Shown: positions 13,509 through 24,930 of the stretch, in pieces | How positions within the stretch are numbered: position 1 is the stretch's first letter | How the letters are laid out: the number at the start of each line of letters is the position of its first letter | NCBI GenBank assembly: GCA_050273025.1 | Contig: CP158636.1 | Coordinates: 4,836,001-4,900,000 of the forward strand | From: Cenococcum geophilum | Taxonomy: Eukaryota | Direction: 5' to 3' | DNA length: 64,000 nt | Program-made: the position numbers and the translations under genes | Notes under the pieces: model-generated | The model's database searches: none | The model's input: the letters and a program-made list of their open reading frames with translations, nothing else | What the model was told of the DNA's origin: nothing

Positions 13509-13890
13509 AGGCAATGGCCGACTGTATTGTAGTGGCGTGTTATGTTTCTATCCATTTAGTTTCAGTGTCGGGATTCCAGAGTCTTTGGATGAGAAAGAGC
13601 GTTGCCTGCCTGCCTGCCCATACCATCAGCCGATCGTGGATGTTGATGCCTTGGTGCCTCGCTCTGCCTCATTTAGGTTCACCGGTCTCGGGTGATGCGA
13701 GCCGGAAACAGCCTTACCCCACTTACTTGAACCAATTATTTCAGCCAGCTACTTAGATCCGAAACATCTTCCGTATAAATGAATAGTTTAATTATCCTTT
13801 ATCTAAGCCATCCATTCGATGCCTGAAGACCGAGGCAGCCCACTTGTGCATAGCTCGCTTATGTAATACATATCGGCTCATTAAACGACC

Positions 13891-15946
13891 ATGCTTTCGT
13901 ATCTTAACATTCACGACTCCGAAGCTTTGCAGCGGCGAACCGATAGGAGAAGTCCCGATCTTTTTAAAGTTTATCCGCAGAGACCTCAGCTACAAGTCAA
14001 TTATCTCTCCGCGTTGAGACTACCCGAGCGCAATGATACTCTCATTTATAAGCAAAACCAAACGATACACGATGTGGAGCAGATTGAGGCTTTCAGCAAT
14101 GTACGGTTCGGAATATAGCCCTTTTATATTCAAATTCAAATCCATTCATTCCAGTGTCCCTTTTGCAAATGAAAGACTGATGTCTAAGTGCTTCGCTCTC
14201 GTAGAAAACCAACGACATACTACAAGTGTTCACCATCCGACAACAACGCTCTTGGACGACACTAGATATTTCCCAAGGCCTTTTCAAAGGATTTTTAGAA
14301 AAATATGGCGTATTTCACGAGTTTTGGAACTGTGCATTTGCATTTGGACGAAAATGCGAGGAAAACGAATTCGAATTTCCATGTTTTAGGATGCGACGGA
14401 CTCCTACGGCCAATGGCAGTAATATTTTTGGTTCGCTAACTTAAATTCATTTCTTCCATTGCAGTACTCGGTCCTGTACCAGAGGTGAATTAAGTGACTA
14501 ACTAAAAGCTAGAGTCGAGCTGCGTTCTGCGGCGTACCGAACTCAACAATCGCAAATTGACAGAAGGGCAATCACCATGGTCCATTCGGCAGACCGCTGT
14601 GTATCACCGGCGTATTCCCATTATTCGTTCCGAGCATGATTCTGGCTCAATGCTTGATGCGCCGCAGTATAGATCTGTCTTCCTCCTTATTTCTCCATCG
14701 GAATCTTTTGAAAGGCAGTTGACACTCTGTGCTGATACCCTGGCGACAGAAGAGCATGCAATGTCATGGCAAAATATTGTAAGGTTGCTTATTTTAGATG
14801 CCATGAAGGGGTGGCAAGAATATATGGCTTGGATGGAAGTGGAAATAAAGGAGCAGGTGCATGGTACCCTTAAGCTCTTCCTGGTCGTGTTGCCGAGTGC
14901 ATATCGTTGTGAACTCTATATTCGCATTACAATTATTCACTAATCTCTGATATTTAGTCCAACCGCCTGGTGTTTGCGAAGGTCGAATCCGAGAGGGCTA
15001 GTTTTGATCCTCTTACGGACTTCCAAATTAGTTTCATAGATCGACAGACGCTAAAGCAACTTGAGGATAAGATAACCGAGCTAGGAATAATTCTCTCGAC
15101 AATGCAACACACTGCCCTAAGGATGTGCGACTACACACGCAAAATCAGCCCCGACGAGTACTCCGCCGGTGGAAGCATTATTAATGCGATTATTGAAGAG
15201 CTCGAGGAGCATGCCAAGGAAATAGAGGTGAACTGGAGGCGAGGAGAAGCTCTTAAAATGAGGGTAAAGTCTGTAACAAAGCTTGTACGTGCATATTGTT
15301 TTACTCTAAGTCAAGATGATTACCGGATAGAGTAAATGCTGATCCGAGTCCAGCTTTCTGATCTCCTGAGTTACGAAGATGCAGTGGCATTGAAAGGCAT
15401 TGGGCGTGAAGCGCAGGTTGAAAACCAATCAATGCATGAGCTTACGGTATGATAAAACTGAAAACGCTTAGCTCATAAGTTAATAAGCTTGCAGGAAAAA
15501 AGTACCAAAGATGCGGCAGCAGTTAAAGTTTTGACCGTGATTAGCCTTGTGTATCTTCCTACCACAATCGTTACGGTAAGGTAGCCTTCTTACTAGCAGC
15601 TGGGCTAAAAGTGTTAAGGCTGAATTCGTACCAGAATTTTTTCTCTACTCAATTCGTGCACACCACGGATAGTGGGAACATGCAAGTCTCCACAAGTGCC
15701 TGGCTACTGGCGGCAATCGCCATACCTCTGACGGTTCTAACGATCGCCAGTTGGTGGTCCTGGGTTGTGTTCGGTGACAGGCTCCAGTCTCTGAGCTTGC
15801 GGCTGCAGAAAAGAAGATCACATGATTTAGAAAGCGGGCCCAATATGCACTCCTTAGGAGGCTGTGCTCCATCTCCGTCATCACCATCATGCCAACTGCA
15901 CGCCAGAAGCTGGTCGGCAGAGGCTGAGTCGACGAAGGTTGGCTAA
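13891..15946 (+). CDS. Fungal CorA-like membrane protein (~530 aa, 7 exons) with two C-terminal TM helices
   Basis: Exons 13891-14100, 14205-14430, 14513-14856, 14958-15284, 15354-15446, 15495-15575 and 15635-15946 join in frame; motifs SWTTLDIS..FAFG, WSIRQTAVYH, long helical stalk, TM1 VKVLTVISLVYLPTTIVTNFFSTQF and TM2 WLLAAIAIPLTVLTIASWW. Confidence 0.85.
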
Positions 15947-16349
15947 GGGAGAAGGTTCGTTGCCTGTGGCGGCAGACCGGACCGAATACTTCATGTACGT
16001 AGAGAACAGATGTCTCGGCGCGCACCAGAGAAGGTAGCCGGGGATACGAACGTTTTCTCCACTTTTGGACGCTGTCTACACCCGCAAGGCATGGCTGAGC
16101 CCCGTGAGCGAATAATGTGATTTCGGTCTGTGGCTGGTGCTATTCCTCAGGCATATTTCTTAGGAACGATGTATATCTTCACTTCCCCCTCTCTAATTCC
16201 TGTAAGGATTTCCCTTCCTGCTTCATTTGTTCTTGCTCTTCTGGACAGCCTAGTCACTCACCGCTCGGTTATCAGTGCCGTGCGCCATGCATCTCTGGCG
16301 GCTCGTTTGCTGGCCAATCAGGGCTACCTCCCGCAACAACGGAAAATCG

Positions 16350-18318
16350 ATGCAGGAGGTAAAAAGAAACGAAAGCCGCATTACGGGGCCGCTGCTAACC
16401 TTTCTGCTTGCAGGATGTCACTGCCCGTCCTATTCCGTCACATCACGCTACGTCCCCAATCCAGAATCCAGCTCCAGAGCTGCCGTCGATTCGAACTCCT
16501 CAAGAGAATGTTGCTTCGTCCCGTACCCGGGTTTCTCTGCATCCTGCATCGTCACTCTCGGTTCAGAATGGCGACAGCCTTTCCGTCTCAACGCATAGCC
16601 TCGAACCTCCCGACGACATATCATGTCTGAGTACCAGCCCTAGTACACCTCAGGACGGTTCAGCATCAGACTCGTTGCATAATAGCCTACGTCAAGCGCG
16701 CATACGGTGTGCTAAGAAGAACAATCACAAGTTTTTTGTTCCGAACTGCGAGCTCAAAAAACAGATCACAATCGAAGCGGTAACAGCTATACTTCAGGCC
16801 GTTCTTCCAAGCACGCCTGACGCTTGCGTCAAGGCTTTGGCTAAAACGATATGCGAATCCGCTCCACGTCTGTTCGCTACCCTCGGATATATCAAGAAGG
16901 TACATGAAATCGCCCCGTTGCTAGACGAACAAATCTCCGACAAAGACTTTCCTTTCGAACTACGACATCCACAACCGCCTGGGAACCGCTACGCTCTACA
17001 AGGAAAAGGTGGTAAAGAGATTAAATCTATCACACAATGGACAGACGAAGACTCTGAGGAGTTTCATAAGTGCCAATGGTGGATGAATGCTCCCGTATTC
17101 AAGGAAGGGGCCCATTACAACCTTGATGACAACGCTATGCTGCCTTTCACCAACCGTACCCCTGTAATCTCGAGAGGAGGATCTAGCAAAGTCTACTTAG
17201 CTGAAATCCATCCCTCACATCACAATTTCTCGGGTGTGAAGCGGTCCGACGGAGAAGTAAGTTAGCCAGTATGTTCCTTAGTCATGTAATATAATATTGA
17301 GGTAGTGCAAATCTAGGGATGTTATGTCGCCATTAAGGAACTCGACACGAATAACCCAGAAGAGGACTTCAAGAAGGAAAACGAATTTTTCAAGACTCTC
17401 GCATCAAAACAACACCGACCTCATCGTCATCTAATCAATCTTCTGGCCACCTACCGATGGAAAGGGAAATACCACCTGGTCCTCCCTCGCGCCGGTGTGA
17501 ACCTGGAAACCTACTGGCTGAAAACGGAGCCAGACTTTAATGAAGAGACCGTGCGCTGGTCTCTCAATCAAATGGCTGGTCTAGTCAATGGCCTTTTAGA
17601 CATTCATGAATGCATGATTCGTACTGCGGCCGGCACCATCCAGGATAGAAAGGGGTCCGGCTCTAGCATTAGACTCAAACAAGGTGAAGAGAAGTATGGT
17701 CGTCATGGCGATATAAAGCCGGAAAACATTCTATGGTTTCCCCCCTCCGCATCGGACGATCTAAACGGAATCCTGAAGATTGCAGACTTTGGGTTAGGCA
17801 GATTTCATGGAAGAGACACCCGTTCGAACGTGGATTGGAGCAAGATCAAGTCTTCGCCCACGTACGAGCCACCAGAGTTGAAACTTCACAAACCTGTTTC
17901 ACGCGCCTACGATATGTGGAGTCTTGCTTGCATCCTTCTGGAATTTGCTACTTGGATGTTGGAAGGTCCGAGAGGCCATGAAAACTTCTCCAACTATCGA
18001 GGATGCCCCGACAGCAACCCGGACTTTCGGGAACTCAGTAATGATGAATTCTTCACTATGGTCGACAGATCCCATACAAAGGCTGTAGTCCGTGAAAGTG
18101 TGGTCGAATGGGTAGTCCAGCTCCATCGACACAAGAGCTGTTCTGCTTTTATTCATGACCTGCTGGATTTGATAATGGGGCATCTACTTGTCATAAACCC
18201 GGCGGATCGCTACGGTGCTGTCCGATTAGATCAAGAATTCCAATCCTTTCAGGAAAAGGCGAAGGACTCGGAGTACCTCGTTAAGCCAGTACCATCACCA
18301 GCACCAGCACTACACTAG
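16350..18318 (+). CDS. Ser/Thr protein kinase (~617 aa) with a long N-terminal extension
   Basis: Introns 16359-16413 and 17257-17316; GGSSKV, VAIKE, HGDIKPEN, DFG, YEPPE and DMWSL motifs all intact. The start could instead be the in-frame ATG at 16287. Confidence 0.9.
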
Positions 18319-20031
18319 ACAACGGCGTCAAGGTCCAAGGAATGTCTTCGGACAATCGAGAAACAAGACCTATTGCCCATCCTACAGCTAACATCTCAAG
18401 TCCAAGAGCACGACTTGGAACAGGAAAGAGCAACTTCGGATATCGACGTGCAGGTGTCGGAGAATACCATGTAAAGTCAAAGACGCAGCCAGATCCACAA
18501 GCTCCACAAGAAATTTCAGTGTAGGAGTAATGCTGGACTCGCTGCGGTTGGTCTCAAGTGATGGAATTCATGTCATGAAAGTACGGACGGGGCCCAGCTC
18601 CGCTTAGGGTGTTGGATCTTCAATGTGGATAATAGGGATAGGGTAACTGTATTTAGCGAAGGCGTTGGAGGACTGCTGTATACCCCATTGTATTTTGGAA
18701 AGGGGAGTTTTACTGGAGCATGAGCGCAAGGGGAAGATGAAGTGTCCTTTTCGAGCTGTAGACTAGAGGGTATCTCCTCCTTGCTCTATAATCTACTCCA
18801 GGAATGCATTGTCTCAATCAATACCTATATTGCCCGTAAGGGAAGCTGATCCATAACTGCTGTAGCGGCAACAACCAAAACCAGCTCCTTTGCCATTTTA
18901 AGTCTTACATATTTAATCAACTAAGTCTTACGAATGTGCTTCAATACCAAGGTACTCCAGTATTTTGGCTAGACCTTGCAAGTCTTATACTGTTCCAGCT
19001 ATCTCTGTTCTCCATCCAGAATTCTGTACATCCTCCTCCAAAATCAACAATCCACGCATCTTCATTAACGTCAATTAGAACGTTTTCTGCTCATCTATGC
19101 ATTCTTTGATCGCTTGAGATAGTTTGCTGAGACGTGTAAGTGAGATTTTGTGTTGGCAGCAAGTCTATGATTCTGCTTGTGAATATTATACTAACATGCT
19201 GCCGGAAATTTGAACTTTGATGACTCAGTTAACGCTAGTCGCTCTCGAATTGGCGGGCGGCATCGCTAGAGAGCGGAAAGTACAGGCTCTGTTCAGGCGA
19301 CGTCGGTGTGGCTCATCACGAGGAGGCAGACTGAGGGGAGCGGGGCATCGCGGGTGGTTGATGGCCTTCCACCGCATTTAAGTGGCTACTTCTTATCGAT
19401 AAGCTTAGGACCAATTTCAACATGCTAAGGGATATCTCACCTCACATGAATAGTAGTAGCCTTTAATTATATGGTAGTTGTATAACTATAATCTATTTTA
19501 TACTTTATTAGGGAGCGGCCTAGGTACCTCCTAAATATTAACAGCTTAAAGAAAGTCCCGTTAGTGGAAATGCCCTAGAGGAAGAGGCAGTTGAGACCTG
19601 AGGACTTAAGCGATCCGAGGCGTAGTAACGGGAAGTTCTAAAGGAGAGATCCCGGAAGCTTTAAAGATCATAGGATTTGTAGCGGGGGAGATAAATACTA
19701 ACAAAGAAGCAGTGGGATTGGTAAAATGATGTCACATCGCAATAGAGCAGTCCCCTTCAAAGCGTGTGTCGCTTGAGTTAATATTCTTCTAGTCTTAAGA
19801 AAAGATATTGGAATTATCAAAGCGACAGCACAGCCAACAGTCGAATGCCTTAAGTTCGTTGTAGGCTACAGAAATAACTAGAGTATCCACCTACACCATC
19901 CCATCGTTATTGCTAAGAGACCCTTAGACTATCCTACCTAAACTGAACCCCCCACTCCTAACGTATTAGCTCAAAGCCCCCTAAACATACAACTAGCGAG
20001 TAACCGAAATAGGTTCACCCGCTCAACCCGT

Positions 20032-20971
20032 TTAAACAGAAGTCGAAGCTGCAGTCTTTTCGCCAGGGACCTCATCTGCGTTCCTCGCGCAGCTGCTGCA
20101 CGCACATTTTCCTGGCGGGCACGGACACTTCTCAGCCACCGCGCCGCAGTTACATGTGGTCCTGTCAGTGCCAGGCAATTGCTCGACACCTGCCTCCTCA
20201 ACGCTCGGCATCTTTTCTCCCGATGCAGGGCCAGCTGCCGTGCCGGTTGCTGTTGGTGACTTGCCACCCTTCAAATTCGCCAGGTGCCTTGCCTCATTAT
20301 GCACATCAATTACCTGTTTATTCCCGGTCTGGTAGAACTGTCTGACCTTCTGGCCAGTGGGTGTACCAAGAGCCTTCTCAAAGTACGAATTCATGCCACG
20401 CCATCCAGCGACCGCTTTATTAGACACGCCAAACTTTGTGTCAACAGCCTGGGCTTTTTGGGTGGCGTTGAAACGGTCATCAAAGCTCTTTAGCGCATTA
20501 GTGAACTTAGTACTAATGCCGTGCTGTTGGTCAAGCGCTATGGCTCGCTCGATTGCTTTGTCTGAGATGACGTAGCCATGTGCAAGGTACTCTGCGACGA
20601 TACGGCTGCGCGGTTTGTCTTCTTGCTCGACATCATGGCCGGAGGCGTCTTTAGTATCGTCGGTGGTGTGGCCAGCGGCGAGCTCGTCGATGGACTTGGT
20701 GGGGGAGACATGCACCTGAGCAGAGCCAAGTTGCGTGTTGTCGAGTAGGAGTGCCGTTTTGGCGGCGGTCTCTTTCTCAAAGGTTACGGTTGCAGATTGC
20801 GAGTTATTGCCCGTTGGGGTAACGGACAGTGACGAAATTTTGCCGCTAAAGAGGTTAGAATAGCACTTTGAGAATTGAGATGTCAGGGAGCTACCAGAAA
20901 CTGAAGAACTCTTGTATATCTGTCTTACTCGTCTGAATGGAGATGTTCTCAACGTGCACTGTGTTTGCCAT
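20032..20971 (-). CDS. vip1: Vip1-like RRM protein
   Basis: MANTVHVENI..EFFSFC/GKI RRM across one intron; QEDKPRSRIVAEYLAHGY motif; Cys-rich tail. Confidence 0.85.
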
Positions 20972-21727
20972 GATTGAGGGGTAGTATGGAATAGGCGATG
21001 ATATTTTCGTATGTGAACGTAAGTAGGATAGGAAACTTGGCGTTATGAACAGGTTGAGAAGCAAGGTGTTTTAATGCGACTAGGTTAAGCAAAATTTGTA
21101 AGATTGAAGGTATTGTTTATAGAGGACGTCGATAATATAGAGAATGTCAAAGCCCCAAGAGTACGACGACAAGTCTTGGTGATGACGTTGAGACGCTCGG
21201 GCCAACATCAAGTTCCCGCCACAGACGCATGTGATAGCAACAGAAAGCCGGTATACAGGTGTTTACGTAGACCAGTTGGAATGTCAACGTCGACTACAGC
21301 CCAATTCGTGACGTATTGCGTATACTATGTTTCGAGCATAGGAATTTTCCTGTCAGTGTAAGAAGGCAAACAACAACTCTTCTAAATTTTCAAAACAGTC
21401 AATGACCCCCTGACGTACGCAAAAACATGCGGCTCGACGGTTAGCATCGGTGATACGCAGGCGACTCCACCTGTTCATCTCCACCAAAAATGCGGATCTT
21501 CATATTACACCTCATAGTGGAGTGCAGGTGGTACGATTGAGGACGCAGGTCAGTCAGATCACGTTAAAAGGTCAGTCCATTCTGGTTATTAGGTCCGTAA
21601 CATAGTAGGCGGAGGTTTCGCCTATTAGGCCCGACCTTTCAGCATAGTCTAGCTGACCTGCAGGCACGGTGTGATACCTAATTCTACTATGCGCCTGCTC
21701 GCCGCATGGTAATTATAAAGACCTATG

Positions 21728-21864
21728 TATCCCTTCCAACGGTGGAATCCTTTAAGATTTGGACCGTGCGCAAACACCAGAATCGCGTATGATCACGGGG
21801 CTTTGATCCTATTGATTCTATTGGCTGGCTCTTACCGATAACCGTAGGACCGTTGGAAGGGGTA
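21728..21864 (+). repeat. Structured repeat, copy 1 (16-bp closing stem around a conserved core)
   Basis: 21728-21743 pairs with 21849-21864; core 21787-21840 is 48/54 identical to 22521-22574. Confidence 0.75.
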
Positions 21865-22480
21865 GATGAAAAATTTTAGGACTATAGTGGAATTTGTTGC
21901 GAGGGAGTATTTATTATTGGACAAGTCTACAGTGTGGAGCAAGACTATCAAGCAGATGTCGGACTTGCAGCGAGCATCACAATCTGCAGACTGGCCACAT
22001 CGATTTCCATTGAAAACGGCGATCGTCGCGAGCACGGACTGTATCACCGCCCTGCGGATGTGCTTCAGGCTGGACAGAGGGGAAGGCACAATGCGCCTTT
22101 CCGACAAGTCCTTATTCTCAGCCTCACTCTTCATGCTCCTAGAAAATCAATTAATTGAGCAATTGATTAGCTAGTTGGTCTAGCTGCAGACATCTAGATT
22201 CGCCACAATAAAACAGAGCGGGGTTGGAGCATGGACCTGGCGTGCACATTGCTTCCGACATCGGTGCGAGCCTATGAGCAGGGCGGCGCATCTGCAGAAC
22301 AGTAGTAGTTCGAGAGCCTAGCGGGACGGTGCATACTTCTAACCCTTTTGAAAGACTTGGTCAGCCACTCAGCGTTGCTGATGCTAATGGAAATCGGCGT
22401 GCTAGGTAAGCGATCACTGCTCACTTAGAGTGAAATGAAGATAGTCCTGGGCTGCCTGACTGATTTACGTCGTTTCCGGG

Positions 22481-22588
22481 TATCCCTTCCGCTGGTGAGA
22501 GGTGGACCTAGTGCGAACATGTATGATCACGGAGCCTTGATCCTATTGACACTATTGGCCGGCTCTTATCGATAGCACCAGCGGAAGG
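22481..22588 (+). repeat. Structured repeat, copy 2 (13-bp closing stem)
   Basis: 22485-22497 pairs perfectly with 22576-22588; compensatory changes relative to copy 1. Confidence 0.75.
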
Positions 22589-22954
22589 CGGTTGCAGCAG
22601 GCCGACAGGCCACCGCAAGCGTACCATAATGGAAGGAATGAATGAAGTGGGGATGTTAACCGACCACTTTCGAAAAGCTTCGACAATATGGTCTGTGCAA
22701 GCCCTCTTCAAGACCTTGGCGGCGAGGTATCGGAATTGGGCTGCCGTCCTTGATAAAACTTCCTCCTCCCACCTCTCACTTCCAATTTGTTTTGGTTCAT
22801 TGAGTTCCTACCACTCTTTCTCCCGCTTTCATAATTATTCTCATACCTGGGCCTTCTTTCAGGCCAAACGCAGACATAAGCTCAATCGTCCATAGAGACG
22901 ACCTGCTTATTGCGTGTTGGCATATCCGTAAGATCAATACCAGGCTGAAGGATC

Positions 22955-24930
22955 ATGTTTCTCACACAAGCAAGAACTCCTCGAGATACAACAAAATTTC
23001 CAACTGCTCAGCTCTTCGTCCTTGGTATGTTTCTCATCGGAAGCAACCCTCTTCTCCCCTTCTGCTGTAGAGCTCAGGCCATTGCCGGACTTGATCTCAA
23101 AACCACCCTTTCACCTGCCAGTTGGCCTCGACAGCTGTGCCCTAGCAAGAAACTCACTTGCTCTGGAACAGCAATATCCGAACACCTGCTAACGTTCACC
23201 TACCGACAGCCCTAGTTAGGGTCGCAGAACCTATAGCTCTAACTTCCCTTTTTCCATACGCCTGGAAACTCGTTCTACATTACAATGTCACCAATGAGGC
23301 TAACGCCGCCTTCTACGCGGGTATCCTCATCTCTGCATTTGCTCTCGCCGAAGCATGCACGAGTATGTACTGGGGTGGTCTCTCAGACCGAATTGGAAGA
23401 AAGCCAGTGCTTCTACTTGGCTGCGCCGGCACTCTCCTCTCCCTCCTTGTAGTCGGATTCGCCCCCAACTTTTGGATTGCTCTTCTCGGCCGAGCTCTTG
23501 GAGGTGTTCTAAATGGCAACATTGGCGTTATTCAGACTATGGTCGGAGAACTGGTTACCAAACCCGAACATGAGCGTGAGCGAATTGACATGGTACACCT
23601 TTGGTAGTTTTACTAACCGTTTTAGCTCGAGCGTATGCAGTGATGCCATTTGCGTGGTCCGTAGGGACTATAGTCGGACGTAAGCATGACAAAAATTCTT
23701 ATTGTTGTCCACCGTGCTAAGGTGCTCTAGCTTCTATCGGCGGCTACTTTGCGGATCCATCTAAGAATTTTCCTTCTCTCTTTCCTCCATCTGGCATTTT
23801 TTCGGTATTTCCATACCTTTTACCAAATCTTATCTGCGCACTCATGCTCTTTGGTTCCATTATTGCCGGCTATCTCTTTCTCGAGGAAACCCACCCGGAT
23901 ATGCAACCATGGAGTACTCCAGCGGATCTTGATCACACCACGGCCGAAACACCTTTACTGCCAACTGCCGGGGCAACAGCTCATGCCGCAGCAAACTTAG
24001 CCACCGAGTCCTATGGGACCTTCGATGCTATCGACGTTCAGAAAGAAGAGACTTGGCATATCAAATCTGATGGGCGTTCTTTATCCGTTTCTTCTGACCC
24101 AAATAAGATAATCTTTACCAAATCAGTAGTTATGTTAGTCACTGCGCTTGGTATTTTTACTTACCACTCTGTAAGTTCCAACTTCAATGAATTTACCCAG
24201 ATTATACCTCAGCTGCTGACATGGTTATAAGATGACTTATGACCACCTCCTTCCGATTTTCTTCCAGGACACACGGGTGGATTATATGTCTGCCTTTCGA
24301 ACATTTCCGTGTTCTTTAGCTGGGGGCCTTGGATTAACCACCCAGCAGGTTGGCATTATCATGAGCTTCAATGGCATCATTGCTCTTTTCATCCAGGCCG
24401 TTGTGTTTCCCATCATGGCAGCTTGGCTAGGCGTCTGGAGACTTTTCATCCTTGTTATCGTTGGTCATCCGGTCGTTTACTTCGTCGTCCCGTACCTTGC
24501 CATGTTGCCGCAGAGTTTGCTTTATTCTGGCATTTATACATGTCTCACCATTCGTAACTTCTTCTCCATCCTTGCGTATCCTCTTTTCCTCATTCTCATA
24601 AAGGAAGCTTCTCCATCTCCGGCCCAACTAGGGAAGATTAATGGCCTTGCTGCGAGTACTGGTGCCGCTTGCCGTACGATTGCTAGCCCTATTGCCGGTC
24701 TACTTTATGGAATTGGAGTCCAGATGAACCTCACCGCTCTCGCGTGGTGGGCTAGCACTCTCGTCGCCATCATTGGGGCTCTTCAAATAGCCTTCCTCAA
24801 GCGGCAAAACAAGAATACCACCCTGGTTCGGACCCCAGCTACTTGTCGCCTTATACCAACTGAAGAGCCTTCCAGGTCAGTGGTTGTTCGTATCTCGATC
24901 AAAGAAGCCGATGACCATCTGGACGTTTAG
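22955..24930 (+). CDS. MFS transporter (DHA1/YCR023C-like), multi-exon
   Basis: Motif A WGGLSDRIGRKPVL, GxLNGNIGV, about 12 hydrophobic segments, GT-AG introns joining the ORFs. Confidence 0.92.

Noticed and set aside
18342..18524. 60-aa ORF after the kinase as a fifth module gene
   Set aside because: Starts 24 bp after the kinase stop with no promoter space; low-complexity and likely 3' UTR.
19440..19705. TpA-rich patch as a solo LTR
   Set aside because: Looks like a RIP relic, but I could not find matching termini or a TSD.
21832..22174. Overlapping 74-102 aa ORFs in the Vip1-MFS intergenic region
   Set aside because: No recognisable motifs or splice-supported extension; probably chance ORFs.
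22339..22346. CTAACCCT as a firm telomerase RNA template
   Set aside because: Only 8 nt, expected by chance in 64 kb; no convincing U-rich/A-rich pseudoknot downstream, and the domain order is non-canonical. Kept only as a hypothesis.
22300..22450. Group I intron R/S-like words (GTTCGAGAGCCTA, AAGATAGTCC)
   Set aside because: P7 pairing is imperfect and there are no clear P/Q elements or host exon.
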